Shown: positions 1 through 9,567, counted from the stretch's first letter. The stretch: 61,329 nucleotides of DNA from Christensenella sp. UBA3944 (GCA_002385605.1 DGDU01000005.1:1-61329); one strand, 5' to 3'. Numbers and translations are program-made. The notes: generated by a model not told the origin, from the letters alone.

Positions 1-504
1 ACGAAGAAGGGCTGCGAGAAGAAGCGGATAATCTTTCTTGCCCTGTAAGATGTTAATTACTATAAAGGTGGTTAACCCGAAAGCCAGGCAAGTGTTTATG
101 GACGAAAAGGCGGGGCGAAGCCCTATTAACTCGCATAGTGTGGTTAAAGCGATAAACACCGCCGCCGTAAACACATATGGGCCGACAAAGCTTCCGTGGC
201 GGTGAAGCTCGGAGGTCGCAGACTTGTCGAAATAGCCGACCAAGCCCTCCAGAAGAAGCTGAAGCCCTTTGGGCCTTTTTTGGAATTTGGGGATAACGAA
301 AATACGCAAAATTACGCACGCGAGAAGAATAACCGCGGTAACAATAAACGCCGTTATCGCGGCGGGGTTGACTTCCAACCCAAAGAGATTGATTTGTTCG
401 GGCTCCATGGCGTCGCGAATCCTGTCGGATACGCTTTCGCCGAAGGCTTCCTGATATTGCTCGCGGAGAAAGTCCGCGAATTTACCCGAAATCATTGGCA
501 GCAT
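1..504 (-). CDS. atpB: F0F1 ATP synthase subunit a (AtpB-like), 5' part only; the gene runs off the left edge
   Basis: My own minus-strand translation from ATG 504 (SD GGGAGAG 4 nt upstream) is open to position 1 (168 codons): MLPMISGKF...EQINLFGLEVNPAAITAFIVTAVILLACVILRIFVIPKFQKRPKGLQLLLEGLVGYF...LRPAFSSINTCLAFGLTTFIV. It has a TM helix, a basic loop with a Q..E motif and a second hydrophobic block, which resembles clostridial subunit a. It is absent from the ORF track because there is no stop in the window. Confidence 0.5.
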   Translation of the reverse strand, partial: MLPMISGKFADFLREQYQEAFGESVSDRIRDAMEPEQINLFGLEVNPAAITAFIVTAVILLACVILRIFVIPKFQKRPKGLQLLLEGLVGYFDKSATSELHRHGSFVGPYVFTAAVFIALTTLCELIGLRPAFSSINTCLAFGLTTFIVINILQGKKDYPLLLAALLR

Positions 505-693
505 AACGCTCTCCCTATGGCAACAATATAGTGCCTGATTACACCTCATTATAAACCCCTTATATGGCAATTGCAATAGTTTGGATGCATTAACTTTTTG
601 CGCCCTATTTAAGAAGCGGATATCACACAAAGCCGCGAATTATCATAATTTGTATTGTAGACAATATCTACAAAATAAAAGGAGGTATACATA

Positions 694-894
694 ATGAACG
701 GATTCGGCGGATTCGGCGGCGGCTTCGGCTGCGGCGGCGGTGGCTTTGGCTGCGGCGATTGCTCGTGCATTATCTGGATTCTGCTACTTCTGTGTTGCTG
801 CGGCTGCAACATAGACTGTTGCGAATTGCTGATAATCATACTTATCCTCTGCTGCTGCAACAAGGACCATAAGGCCTACAATGCTTGCAAATAG
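694..894 (+). CDS. 66-aa Gly/Cys-rich hydrophobic small protein (YjcZ-like or 'high-cysteine' small sporulation-type peptide?)
   Basis: SD GGAGG lies at 681-685, 8 nt before the ATG, and a clean terminator follows immediately. The protein is MNGFGGFGGGFGCGGGGFGCGDCSCIIWILLLLCCCGCNIDCCELLIIILILCCCNKDHKAYNACK, with about 14 Gly and 14 Cys and two Ile/Leu-rich hydrophobic stretches flanked by CCC. Confidence 0.7.
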   Translation: MNGFGGFGGGFGCGGGGFGCGDCSCIIWILLLLCCCGCNIDCCELLIIILILCCCNKDHKAYNACK

Positions 895-930
895 CGGCGC
901 ACTCCCTTAGTAGGGTACTTTTCCACTGTC

Positions 931-957
931 AGGTTCGCCTTCGGGCGAACCTTTTTT
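931..957 (+). terminator. Rho-independent terminator of the small Gly/Cys peptide gene
   Basis: AGGTTCGCC-TTCG-GGCGAACC forms a 9-bp stem with a TTCG tetraloop, followed by TTTTTT. Confidence 0.8.
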
Positions 958-1144
958 GTGGCCGTCCTGAACATTAATATTAACCCGAATAATTCCGCTT
1001 CAAAAATAAGGATACCCCAAAGCAGCGGTTTTTTCTCATTTAGCGGAAATCGTAAAATACAGCCGCGCGGGGTAAACAGATTACGCCAACGGATAGTTGC
1101 GCGTGGCAGTTGCAAATTAAATCCATTCTGCTAAATGAGACAGC

Positions 1145-1182
1145 TAAAAACAAATTGCCCCGCAACAATATTGCGGGGCAAT
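1145..1182 (-). terminator. Rho-independent terminator downstream of rny
   Basis: A perfect 12-bp stem ATTGCCCCGCAA/TTGCGGGGCAAT (1154-1182) has a 5-nt loop. On the minus strand it is followed by TTGTTTTT. Confidence 0.7.
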
Positions 1183-1205
1183 CGGATTCCTTTTTGTAGA
1201 AAGTT

Positions 1206-2801
1206 TTACTTTGCGTATTCGACGCTTCTTAGCTCGCGTATCACATTTACCTTTATCTGTCCGGGATACTCCAGCTCTTCCTCGAGCTTGCGGGCTATTT
1301 CTTTTGCCAAGAACACAGTCTTGGAGTCGTCTACCTCTTCAGGCTTGACAATTACTCTTATTTCTCTGCCTGCCTGAATTGCGAATGATTGCTCTACTCC
1401 TGCGAACGAGTTTGCGAGATTTTCCAGTTTTTCGAGACGCTTTACATACAATTCGAGCGACTCTCTTCTTGCGCCCGGCCTCGCGCCGCTTATGGCGTCG
1501 GCAGCCTGCACAAGTATCGCTTCTATTGTCTGAGGTTCTTCGTCGCCGTGGTGGGCGGCGATGGCGTGTATAACCTTTTCGTTTTCTTTGTATTTGCGCG
1601 CCAGCTCTACGCCGATCTGAACATGCGAGCCTTCGTATTCGTGGTCTACGGCTTTGCCGAGGTCGTGCAGTAAGCCTGCCCTGCGGCAAATCTTGATATC
1701 GGCGCCAAGCTCACCCGCTAACAGCCCCGCGAGGTGCGAAACCTCGAGCGAATGCTTTAGTACATTCTGGCCGTAGCTTGTGCGGTATTTGAGCCTGCCG
1801 AGAAGTTTGACGATTTCGGGGTGGATGCCGAATACACCCGCATCAAACACCGCCTGCTCGCCCGCTTCCTTTATGGTGGCGTCCATATCGCGGCGGACGC
1901 GGTCGGCTACTTCCTCTATACGCCCGGGATGTATACGCCCGTCTGCCACAAGCTTTTGCAGCGTCTGGCGGGCAATCTCCCTGCGGACGGGGTCGAAGCC
2001 CGTGAGCGTAACCACATCGGGGGTATCGTCTATGATGATGTCTACGCCTGTCGCGCTTTCGAGGGCCTTAATATTGCGCCCTACACGGCCTATGATGCGG
2101 CCTTTCATCTCTTCGTTGGGCAGTTCTACCACCGAAACGGTGGCCTCGGATGTCTGGTCTACGGCGCATTTTTGTATCGCCAGCGCCACTATGTTTTTGG
2201 CGCGTTTTTCGCCTTCTTCTTTGGCCTCCTTTTCTATCTGCTTTACAAGAACGGCGGCGTCGTTACGGGCTTCGTCTACCATCTTGCCGATGATAACCTG
2301 CTTGGCTTCCTCTTTGGTCATTCCGCTGACCTTTTCGAGTTCTGCCAAGAAGCGCTCGTTTTGCTGCTGCAGTTCCTGCTCGAGATTGCGGAGCGAGGCC
2401 TCTCTTAAGTCGAGATCTTTTTTGACTCTGTCGATGGACTCTAGTTTTTTGTCCAGCGCTTCCTCTTTTTTGTTGATGGCGTCCTCTCTCTGGTTGAGAC
2501 GGTACTCCTGCCGTTGCATTTCGGCGCGTCTTTCTCTGGATTCTTTCTCGAACTCGTTACGCAGTCTAATTTGTTCTTCTTTGGCTTCTAAGAGCGCGTC
2601 TTTTCGAAGCGTTTTGGCCTCGAGGCGAGCGTCTTCTAAAATCCTGGCGGATTCGGCCTGAGCGTCGCTAAGCTTTTTCTTAAGAAACAACTTATAAGCG
2701 AAAAACCCTCCGACAACCCCTACGGCAAGCGCGGGGATTATCGATATGATAGCCACAACCCAGGATTCCAAAGCGCAAAGCATGTTTAGACTGCTAAGCA
2801 T
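1206..2801 (-). CDS. rny: Ribonuclease Y
   Basis: 531 aa. It has an N-terminal TM helix, a long Glu/Lys/Arg-rich coiled region, a KH domain ([15 protein letters not shown]) and an HD domain ([12 protein letters not shown]...LLHDLGKA). It lies downstream of recA, as in Bacillus. Confidence 0.95.
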   Translation of the reverse strand: MLSSLNMLCALESWVVAIISIIPALAVGVVGGFFAYKLFLKKKLSDAQAESARILEDARLEAKTLRKDALLEAKEEQIRLRNEFEKESRERRAEMQRQEYRLNQREDAINKKEEALDKKLESIDRVKKDLDLREASLRNLEQELQQQNERFLAELEKVSGMTKEEAKQVIIGKMVDEARNDAAVLVKQIEKEAKEEGEKRAKNIVALAIQKCAVDQTSEATVSVVELPNEEMKGRIIGRVGRNIKALESATGVDIIIDDTPDVVTLTGFDPVRREIARQTLQKLVADGRIHPGRIEEVADRVRRDMDATIKEAGEQAVFDAGVFGIHPEIVKLLGRLKYRTSYGQNVLKHSLEVSHLAGLLAGELGADIKICRRAGLLHDLGKAVDHEYEGSHVQIGVELARKYKENEKVIHAIAAHHGDEEPQTIEAILVQAADAISGARPGARRESLELYVKRLEKLENLANSFAGVEQSFAIQAGREIRVIVKPEEVDDSKTVFLAKEIARKLEEELEYPGQIKVNVIRELRSVEYAK

Positions 2802-2884
2802 TTTTACCTCCTGATTATTAAGTTTTCAAGTTAGAGCGTAATATGCGCCTCGTTCGCTGCTTGCGCATACTACTTATGTTTACA

Positions 2885-2913
2885 ATTATAATCTAAACCA
2901 AGTAAAGTGTCAA
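2885..2913 (-). promoter_or_regulatory. Sigma-A type promoter for rny
   Basis: The minus strand reads TTGACA-17 nt-TATAAT (consensus hexamers), about 85 nt upstream of the rny ATG. Confidence 0.65.
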
Positions 2914-2990
2914 CATATATTTGGGCCGGCCCGTATCAGGGGCTATTTTGTATAATTGTATTATTGTCTTTAAGAGGTAAAGTAATTCAT

Positions 2991-3041
2991 AAAATAAAGC
3001 GCCCGCCCGCTGTTGTTTTTACAAAAGCGAGCCGGGCGGCT
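2991..3041 (-). terminator. Probable terminator downstream of recA
   Basis: A GC-rich imperfect hairpin (minus strand AGC-CGCCCG ... CGGGCG-ggc-GCT) is followed by TTATTTT. The stem has a bulge and a long loop. Confidence 0.45.
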
Positions 3042-3076
3042 TGTCGATTATATAAGCAGGCGGCAGTTAGGCGAGG

Positions 3077-4066
3077 TTATAACAGATTATAATCCGCCCT
3101 GAGCTTCTTGTCGATTTCCTCGGCGATTTTGGGGTTATTCCTTAGGTAAGCTATTGCCTTATCCTTGCCCTGCCCGATTTTTTCGTCGTTATAAGAGAAC
3201 CACGAGCCGCTCTTAAGGATGTAGCCTCTTTCGACCGCGAGGTCGAGGATACAGCCGTAAACAGAGATGCCCTGCCCGTACAGCATATCGAACTCGGCCT
3301 GTTTGAAGGGGGCGGCCAGCTTGTTTTTAACCACCTTTACCCTTGTGCGGGCGCCCGTTACCTCGGAGCCGTCCTTAAGCCCGTCTACCCTTCTGACATC
3401 GAGGCGGACGCTGGCGTAGAATTTGAGCGCCTTGCCGCCCGTCGTCGTTTCGGGGTTGCCGAACATAACGCCTATCTTTTCCCTTAGCTGGTTGATGAAG
3501 ATTACGCAGGTGTTGGTCTTGCTTATGGCGGCGGTTATCTTGCGCAGCGCCTGCGACATAAGCCTTGCCTGCAAGCCGACATGGGAGTCGCCCATCTCGC
3601 CGTCTATCTCGGCTTTGGGGGTTAACGCGGCTACCGAGTCTATTACGATAACATCGATGCTTCCGCTTTTAATAAGCTCTTCGGCTATGTCCAAAGCCTG
3701 CTCGCCGTTGTCGGGCTGAGAGATATAAAGCCTTCTTAAGTCTACGCCCAGCTTGCCCGCGTAGGTGGGGTCTAAAGCGTGCTCGGCGTCTATAAACGCC
3801 GCTATGCCGCCGTTCTTCTGGGCTTCGGCGACTATGTGAAGGGCTATCGTGGTTTTGCCCGAGGATTCGGGCCCGTATATCTCGACAATCCTTCCGCGGG
3901 GTACGCCGCCCACTCCGAGAGCTATATCCAAAGGCAGGCAGCCCGTCGAAATGACATCCACCTTGATTTTTTCGTCGCTGTCCAGATTCATAATCGCGCC
4001 CTTACCAAAGGTCTTTTCTATTCTGGAAAGAACCTCTTCCAAAGCTTTTTTTCTTTTCTCGTCCAT
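3077..4066 (-). CDS. recA: Recombinase RecA
   Basis: 329 aa. It carries Walker [10 protein letters not shown], and [19 protein letters not shown] and [22 protein letters not shown] are canonical RecA segments. Confidence 0.98.
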   Translation of the reverse strand: MDEKRKKALEEVLSRIEKTFGKGAIMNLDSDEKIKVDVISTGCLPLDIALGVGGVPRGRIVEIYGPESSGKTTIALHIVAEAQKNGGIAAFIDAEHALDPTYAGKLGVDLRRLYISQPDNGEQALDIAEELIKSGSIDVIVIDSVAALTPKAEIDGEMGDSHVGLQARLMSQALRKITAAISKTNTCVIFINQLREKIGVMFGNPETTTGGKALKFYASVRLDVRRVDGLKDGSEVTGARTRVKVVKNKLAAPFKQAEFDMLYGQGISVYGCILDLAVERGYILKSGSWFSYNDEKIGQGKDKAIAYLRNNPKIAEEIDKKLRADYNLL

Positions 4067-4079
4067 CTCATTCTCCTTC

Positions 4080-4745
4080 TTAATAATAGTTCTTTAGGTG
4101 TTGTATGGTGTAGAACATTGCCATGTTCGCGCTTTGCCTGCGTACGGACCTTCGGTTGCCTTTAAAGATATGGCGGTATACATCTGTGTGCCGCTCGCTG
4201 CCTACCGCTATATATACCAGCCCAACGGGCTTTTCGTTAGAGCCCCCGCCGGGGCCGGCTATGCCCGTTACCGATATGCCTATGTCCGCCCCCTGCGCCA
4301 ATAGCCCGTTTGCCATCTCGACAGCCGTTTCGGCGCTTACCGCCCCGAACTCCTGAAGCGTGGCGGGGTCCACCCCCAGCCTTCTTACCTTGGCCTCGTT
4401 AGAGTAGGTCACAAGCCCCTCGGAATAAATCTCGGAGCAGCCCGGGATATCCACTATCGAGCTTGCGATCAGCCCGCCCGTGCAGCTTTCGGCGGTGGCT
4501 ATACGGACGCCGCACTCGGTGGCGAGCGCCACAAGCATTTCGGCAAGCCGCATTTCGTCGTTGTTGTACGCCTCTTCCTCGAAGAGGGTGTCGATGTCCT
4601 CCGATTCCTTTTCGGTGACATCATTAAAGATGAGCGTGTACTCGAGGTCGGAGCCCTCGATAGAGTATTCGAGATCGGGTAAGTATTCCGCCAGCCTGTC
4701 TTCTATGTCGAAGCGGTCACAGCAGACCTGAAGAATCTTTTTCAT
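4080..4745 (-). CDS. CinA C-terminal domain / PncC-type nicotinamide-nucleotide amidohydrolase with an acidic N-terminal extension
   Basis: 221 aa. The C-terminal 155 aa or so carry [29 protein letters not shown] and [10 protein letters not shown] strong SD (GGAGGGG) lies 4 nt before ATG 4745. There is no MoCF-like CinA N-domain. The ORF overlaps the rimO 3' end by 29 nt. Confidence 0.85.
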   Translation of the reverse strand: MKKILQVCCDRFDIEDRLAEYLPDLEYSIEGSDLEYTLIFNDVTEKESEDIDTLFEEEAYNNDEMRLAEMLVALATECGVRIATAESCTGGLIASSIVDIPGCSEIYSEGLVTYSNEAKVRRLGVDPATLQEFGAVSAETAVEMANGLLAQGADIGISVTGIAGPGGGSNEKPVGLVYIAVGSERHTDVYRHIFKGNRRSVRRQSANMAMFYTIQHLKNYY

Positions 4746-6042
4746 ATACCCCTCCGAACAGATGAAACCCTGTTTCGGTTATCGTGACATCGTAATATTC
4801 GCCGATATCCAGCGGAAAGCCCGAAGTGAAATACACTTTGGTGTCGATCTCGGGGGCGTTGTACTCGCTGCGGCCGTAGAACAGCCCTTTGTTGTAGTCG
4901 ATGCCCTCATAAATTACCTTGAGCGTCCTGCCAAGGTACTTTTGGTGCGTCTTTTCGATGTTGGCGCTTTGGATTCGGGACAAAGCCGTTTCCCTCGCCT
5001 TTTTGACCTTGGCGGGCACCTGATCGGGCATTTTGGCGGCGCGGGTATTTTCTTCCCTGGAGTAGGCGAAAAAGCCCGCGTAGTCTATATAATTTTTCTC
5101 TATAAATTCCTTAAGCCTTCCGAACTCTTCCTCGCTCTCGCCGGGGAAGCCCACAATGAAGCTCGAGCGTATGGCAATGTCGGGGGTCTTGGATTTTATC
5201 TTGTCGAGAAGGGCGTGAATGTCTTTGCTTGTCGTCCTTCTGTTCATTCTCTTTAGCACATTGTCGTCTATATGCTGGAGCGGGATGTCGATGTATTTTG
5301 CCAGCTTCTCTTCGCCGTTTATTAGCTCTATAAGCTCGTCGTCTATCAGTTCGGGATAGGCGTAAAGCAGGCGAATTTTTGTAAACGGAAGCTTTGTGAG
5401 GCTGCGTATAAGACCTTTGAGGCGGTACTCGCCGTAGAGGTCTTTGCCGTAGCGGGTGGTGTCCTGTGCGACAAGGATTAGCTCTTTTACGCCTTGTTCG
5501 GCAAGCCCCTCGGCTTCCTGCATGAGAAGCTCCGCGGGGTAGGAGCGGTATCTCCCTCTTATAAGAGGTATGGCGCAGTAGGAGCAGAAGTTGTCGCAGC
5601 CGTCGGCAATCTTAAGGTAGGCGTAGTGGGCGGGTGTTGTGAGAGTCCTGCCCTTCTCGTAGTAATCGCGGTCGGGCGCCATAACCACCCTGCCGAACTT
5701 TTCCTCAAGAATGTCGGCGATTTTGCCGTAGCTGTCTATGCCAACAAAGAGGTCTACCTCGGGTAGCTCTTTGGCTAGCTGGTCGGCGTACCTTTGGGCA
5801 AGGCAGCCCATAACCACAAGTTTTTTGTTGCCCTGCTCTTTGAGCCCCGCGAACTCCAGTATGGTGTCTATGCTTTCCTTTTTGGCCTTGTCGATAAAAC
5901 CGCAGGTGTTTATCATTATGATATCCGCTTGCGAGGCGTCATTTACGAGGCTGTACCCCGCCTGTTGCAGGGCATATAACACTTTTTCGCTGTCGACGCG
6001 GTTTTTGTCGCACCCCAGCGAAACCATTCCTATCTTTTTCAT
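4717..6042 (-). CDS. rimO: Ribosomal protein S12 methylthiotransferase RimO (radical SAM MTTase)
   Basis: 441 aa. The N-terminus is RimO-like ([13 protein letters not shown]), the radical SAM motif is CDNFCSYC, and there is a C-terminal TRAM-like domain. Confidence 0.9.
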   Translation of the reverse strand: MKKIGMVSLGCDKNRVDSEKVLYALQQAGYSLVNDASQADIIMINTCGFIDKAKKESIDTILEFAGLKEQGNKKLVVMGCLAQRYADQLAKELPEVDLFVGIDSYGKIADILEEKFGRVVMAPDRDYYEKGRTLTTPAHYAYLKIADGCDNFCSYCAIPLIRGRYRSYPAELLMQEAEGLAEQGVKELILVAQDTTRYGKDLYGEYRLKGLIRSLTKLPFTKIRLLYAYPELIDDELIELINGEEKLAKYIDIPLQHIDDNVLKRMNRRTTSKDIHALLDKIKSKTPDIAIRSSFIVGFPGESEEEFGRLKEFIEKNYIDYAGFFAYSREENTRAAKMPDQVPAKVKKARETALSRIQSANIEKTHQKYLGRTLKVIYEGIDYNKGLFYGRSEYNAPEIDTKVYFTSGFPLDIGEYYDVTITETGFHLFGGVYEKDSSGLL

Positions 6043-6070
6043 ATAATTTTTATTCCCTGATTGCCGGGGG

Positions 6071-9000
6071 TTACTCTTCCCCGAACAACTCGTTGTACTC
6101 CTCCATTGTTATGAGAACCTCGCGTGGCTTGGCTCCGTCCTCGGCGCTTATAAAGCCTCTGTCGGTCATGGCGTCTATAAGCTTGCGCGCCTTTATGTAA
6201 CCCACATTGTGCTTGGTTTGAGCCATAGATACCGAGGCCTTGCGCTCGAGTATAAATGTCTTTAGTATCTTGCGAAGCAGCTGCTCGAAGTCGGAATCCT
6301 TGTCGGCGGGAGCGGACGGGGCAGAGGATTCGGCCGCATCCGCGCCCTGTCCCGGCTCGGACTTGATTTGCTCGGCTAGTTTTTCGTCGAAGTCGGTTTC
6401 GTTTTTATCCTTGATATAATTGCAGACCTTCTTGATGTCCTCGGGCTCGACGAGAGAGCCTTGCAGGCGCAGGCTGATATCCTTAAAGGAGAATATCATA
6501 TCTCCCTTGCCGAGAAGGCTTTCGGCGCCGACTTCGTCCAGTATTATGCGGCTGTCCATCGCCGTCTTGACGGCAAACGCGACTCTGGCGAGAATGTTGC
6601 CCTTAATAAGCCCCGTAATTACATTCACGGTGGGGCGCTGGGTGGCAAGCACGAGGTGGATGCCGCACGCCCTGCCCAGCTGGGCTATCCTTACGATGGG
6701 CTCTTCCACCTGCCCCCTGCCCTTCATCATGAGGTCTGCCATTTCGTCCACAACAATGACTATGCGGAACATCTTGGGCTCTCTCGCCTTGTCCCTTATC
6801 TCGTTGTTGTAGTGGTCGATATCGACGGCGCCATGCTTTTCGAGGAAGCTGAACCTGTCGTCCATTATCTTTGTGAGCCTGTTGAGAAGGTTGACGGCGT
6901 GGGCGGCCTCCTTTACCGTTTCCCTTATGAGAAGGTTGGGGAGATTCTGGTATACGCTAAGCTCGACTTTCTTGGGGTCTATAAGGATGAGCCGGACATC
7001 CTCGGGCGAATACTTAAAGAGGATGCTCATTATAATCTGATTGATAAACACGCTCTTGCCCGTGCCAGTGGCGCCCGCGACAAGCAGGTGGGGCATCGAG
7101 GCAAGGTCGGCGACATAAGGCTCGCCCTCTAAGGTCTTGCCCATGGCTATCTGCACGCCCTCGTCGGTAGCCATAAATTTCTGCGAGGCGAGGATGCTCC
7201 TTAGCCCTACGATATCCCTCACCTTGTTGGGGATTTCGATACCGAAGGCGTTTTTGCCCTCTATCGGGGCAAGGATGCGAATGGATTTGACCTCCAGCCT
7301 CATTGTGAGGTTTTCCTGAAGGTTGGCGACTTTCTTTATGTTGCAGCCGGGGCCGAGTTTCAGCTCGTAGCGGGTGAATGTGGGGCCTCTCTTAGCGTCG
7401 GTGACGACGGCGGGAATGCTGAACTCCTCCATCGTCTGTTCCATCTTGGCTTTATATACGGTGAAATCCTCGGGAAAATCGCCGCCGTTGGCGGTGTACT
7501 GCTTTAGCAGGTTTAGCGGGGGCGCGTCGTACTTTTTGGGGATATAAACCTTATCCGAACCGCTTTCGAACAGGCTTTGCTGTACGGGCTTGGCGGGCGG
7601 CGCGACAACCTCCTGTTTTACATTAAAGCCCTTTCTTTCGGGCTCGGGCGTGTACCGGGGTTTGGGGGTATACGCGGGGGCCTCTGTTCTGGGCGGTGTA
7701 TACACAGGCGGCACGGGGGCCTGAGGCGTATACGCCGCGGGCTCAACCCTGGGCGGGGTGTAAGGCGTTTCTGCCCTCGGCTGGGTATATTCGGGATAAG
7801 CTGGTTTGGAAGTATACGCCGCCGGCGTTTCGGGCGCCCTGCCTGTAGGGACGGGATTGTACGGCGCGGGGATGTCGCTCCCGTAAAAATTGGGTACGGG
7901 GTTAACATTGATATCGGGCGCCTGGTACTCCTCCCTTTGCGGGTACTCTGCTCTCTGCGGGTATTCTGTCCTTTGCGGGTATTCCGCCCTGCCGGGGTAT
8001 TGCGGCTGCGGCGGCGTTTGGGCGGCGTCCTGCGGTATGTTGTATATGCTGGTATCCTCGCCCATCATCGAGAGAAATTCCTCGGGGCCGATGGGGGTCT
8101 TTATGTATTCCCTGGGGTTGGCGATAACCTTTTTGGGCTTTGGCGGGGGCGGGGGCGCTGCTTGCCTTTTGGGCTCGCCGTCCAACCTGGGCGAAAGCGG
8201 CTCGGTTACCGCGGGCGCCGGCTCGGGGTAGCTTTCGAGCTCCCTGCCCTTGGGCTCTTCCCCGGCGTAGCGGTTGATATACTCGGCGCGGTAGTCGTAA
8301 TCGCCGAAAGCCTTTCTCATCTTGTCGCGCGCCTCGTTTTCGGCCTTTGCGGCAAAATAATTCCTGCCGGCGTCGCCCAAAACCTTAAGCCTGGGCTTTT
8401 CTTCTTTGGGCGGCTCCTCGTTGCCGAACAGAATGCGCGAGCTGTCCTTTGCCTTTCTCTTGTGAAGCTCGTCGGGGCTTAACAGCGAGGAAAACAGCGT
8501 TTCTTTGGCGGCGTCGTAAGGCTCTTTTGGGGCGAAAATACGGCTTGCCGCTTCGTCCGCGGGCGTTTGCGGCGCGGTATCCTCTATATTGGACACAAAC
8601 AGCGTTTTTTCTTTGGGCAAGGGGTTTGCTGTAATTTTGGGGGCTTCGGGCTCTTTTTTCTTACGGGCGGGCCTGTCTTTGATTTTTAGGATAAAGGGGT
8701 AAATCGCCCAGAAAACAAATCCCGCCGTGACTAAAAAGGATAAGGCGAGGGAAAGCCCGAAATCCTTGAACGAAAGCACGAAGGGCGCCGAAAGAACGGA
8801 CGCGGCGGCGCCGCCCACGGTGTCTACACCTTTGAAGGGCGCCGTTATGTAATTATCTCCGCTTTCGATAAGGGATTTAGCGAGCCATATATGTAGCGTG
8901 CAGACAATTCCGGCAAAGCTTAGCACATACGACAAAAGGCGGAGCCTTCCCGCCTTTGGCTTTTTGCCGAAAATACCCAGAACGCCCAGCACAAACAGGG

Positions 9001-9160
9001 CGGGTATGTACGCGCATACAGCCCAGCCGAACAGGGCAATCATGAATTCGCGGGTGGGCCTGAGGATCATCAGCAGAGCGAGAAGGGCAACAGTCCCCAG
9101 AACAATCGCGCCCGCCTGCCTGACGCTTGATTTTTTGGTTTTTTTTGCCGACGGGGTCAT
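6071..9160 (-). CDS. ftsK: DNA translocase FtsK/SpoIIIE
   Basis: 1029 aa. It has N-terminal TM helices, a Pro/Tyr/Glu-rich linker of about 400 aa, a C-terminal motor domain (Walker A GATGTGKS, VIVVDEMADL, ATQRP) and a gamma winged-helix tail. Confidence 0.95.
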   Translation of the reverse strand: MTPSAKKTKKSSVRQAGAIVLGTVALLALLMILRPTREFMIALFGWAVCAYIPALFVLGVLGIFGKKPKAGRLRLLSYVLSFAGIVCTLHIWLAKSLIESGDNYITAPFKGVDTVGGAAASVLSAPFVLSFKDFGLSLALSFLVTAGFVFWAIYPFILKIKDRPARKKKEPEAPKITANPLPKEKTLFVSNIEDTAPQTPADEAASRIFAPKEPYDAAKETLFSSLLSPDELHKRKAKDSSRILFGNEEPPKEEKPRLKVLGDAGRNYFAAKAENEARDKMRKAFGDYDYRAEYINRYAGEEPKGRELESYPEPAPAVTEPLSPRLDGEPKRQAAPPPPPKPKKVIANPREYIKTPIGPEEFLSMMGEDTSIYNIPQDAAQTPPQPQYPGRAEYPQRTEYPQRAEYPQREEYQAPDINVNPVPNFYGSDIPAPYNPVPTGRAPETPAAYTSKPAYPEYTQPRAETPYTPPRVEPAAYTPQAPVPPVYTPPRTEAPAYTPKPRYTPEPERKGFNVKQEVVAPPAKPVQQSLFESGSDKVYIPKKYDAPPLNLLKQYTANGGDFPEDFTVYKAKMEQTMEEFSIPAVVTDAKRGPTFTRYELKLGPGCNIKKVANLQENLTMRLEVKSIRILAPIEGKNAFGIEIPNKVRDIVGLRSILASQKFMATDEGVQIAMGKTLEGEPYVADLASMPHLLVAGATGTGKSVFINQIIMSILFKYSPEDVRLILIDPKKVELSVYQNLPNLLIRETVKEAAHAVNLLNRLTKIMDDRFSFLEKHGAVDIDHYNNEIRDKAREPKMFRIVIVVDEMADLMMKGRGQVEEPIVRIAQLGRACGIHLVLATQRPTVNVITGLIKGNILARVAFAVKTAMDSRIILDEVGAESLLGKGDMIFSFKDISLRLQGSLVEPEDIKKVCNYIKDKNETDFDEKLAEQIKSEPGQGADAAESSAPSAPADKDSDFEQLLRKILKTFILERKASVSMAQTKHNVGYIKARKLIDAMTDRGFISAEDGAKPREVLITMEEYNELFGEE
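7935..8006. repeat. Four tandem 18-nt units inside the ftsK linker
   Basis: The units are ctttgcgggtactctgct / ctctgcgggtattctgtc / ctttgcgggtattccgcc / ctgccggggtattgcggc. On the coding strand they encode (A/T/E)EYPQR x4. The flanking linker is rich in YTP/PxP. Confidence 0.85.
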
Positions 9161-9162
9161 AT

Positions 9163-9552
9163 TTATGCCTTATTCTCCAGTTTATCCAGCTCGTAGCCGG
9201 TTTTTGAGGATTTTCCGTACTGGCGCAAAAAGTTTTCTTTGTTCTTTTCTATGTAGCGCTCGTACACCTCGGGGGCGTCCATGCCTATCTTAATGCACAT
9301 GCTCGCGAAGAAGTGCAGTATGTCGATAAGCTCGCCCTTTATGTTCTCGTAGTTGATTTCCTTGGGGTTTTTCCACCACTTGAAGTTGACCTCCGCGAGA
9401 AGCTCGGCAAGCTCCGAAAGCATTGCGAGAACTTCTTTTTGAATCCACTCGTCGGGGGAAATGCCTTTGAGGTTTCTCTTTTCGACTATTTCGGTGTCGA
9501 ACTTTCTCTGCAGGTCGAAAATAACCTGAAGCATATCGGGTTTTTGTTCCAT
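9163..9552 (-). CDS. Dimeric (all-alpha) dUTPase-like / MazG-like nucleotide pyrophosphohydrolase
   Basis: 129 aa. The pattern LQRKFD...EWIQKEVLAMLSELAELLAEVNFKWWK...GELIDILHFFASMCIKIGM...YIEKNKENFLRQ is typical of the dUTPase_2 family. Its stop is 2 nt from the ftsK start. Confidence 0.7.
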   Translation of the reverse strand: MEQKPDMLQVIFDLQRKFDTEIVEKRNLKGISPDEWIQKEVLAMLSELAELLAEVNFKWWKNPKEINYENIKGELIDILHFFASMCIKIGMDAPEVYERYIEKNKENFLRQYGKSSKTGYELDKLENKA

Positions 9553-9567
9553 TGTCCCTCCGCTAAA

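Noticed and set aside
609-863. An 84-aa minus-strand Pro/Gln-rich ORF.
   Set aside because: It is the antisense shadow of the Gly/Cys-rich peptide gene (GGC/TGC repeats read as Pro/Gln on the other strand). The plus-strand ORF is the one with the SD and the terminator.
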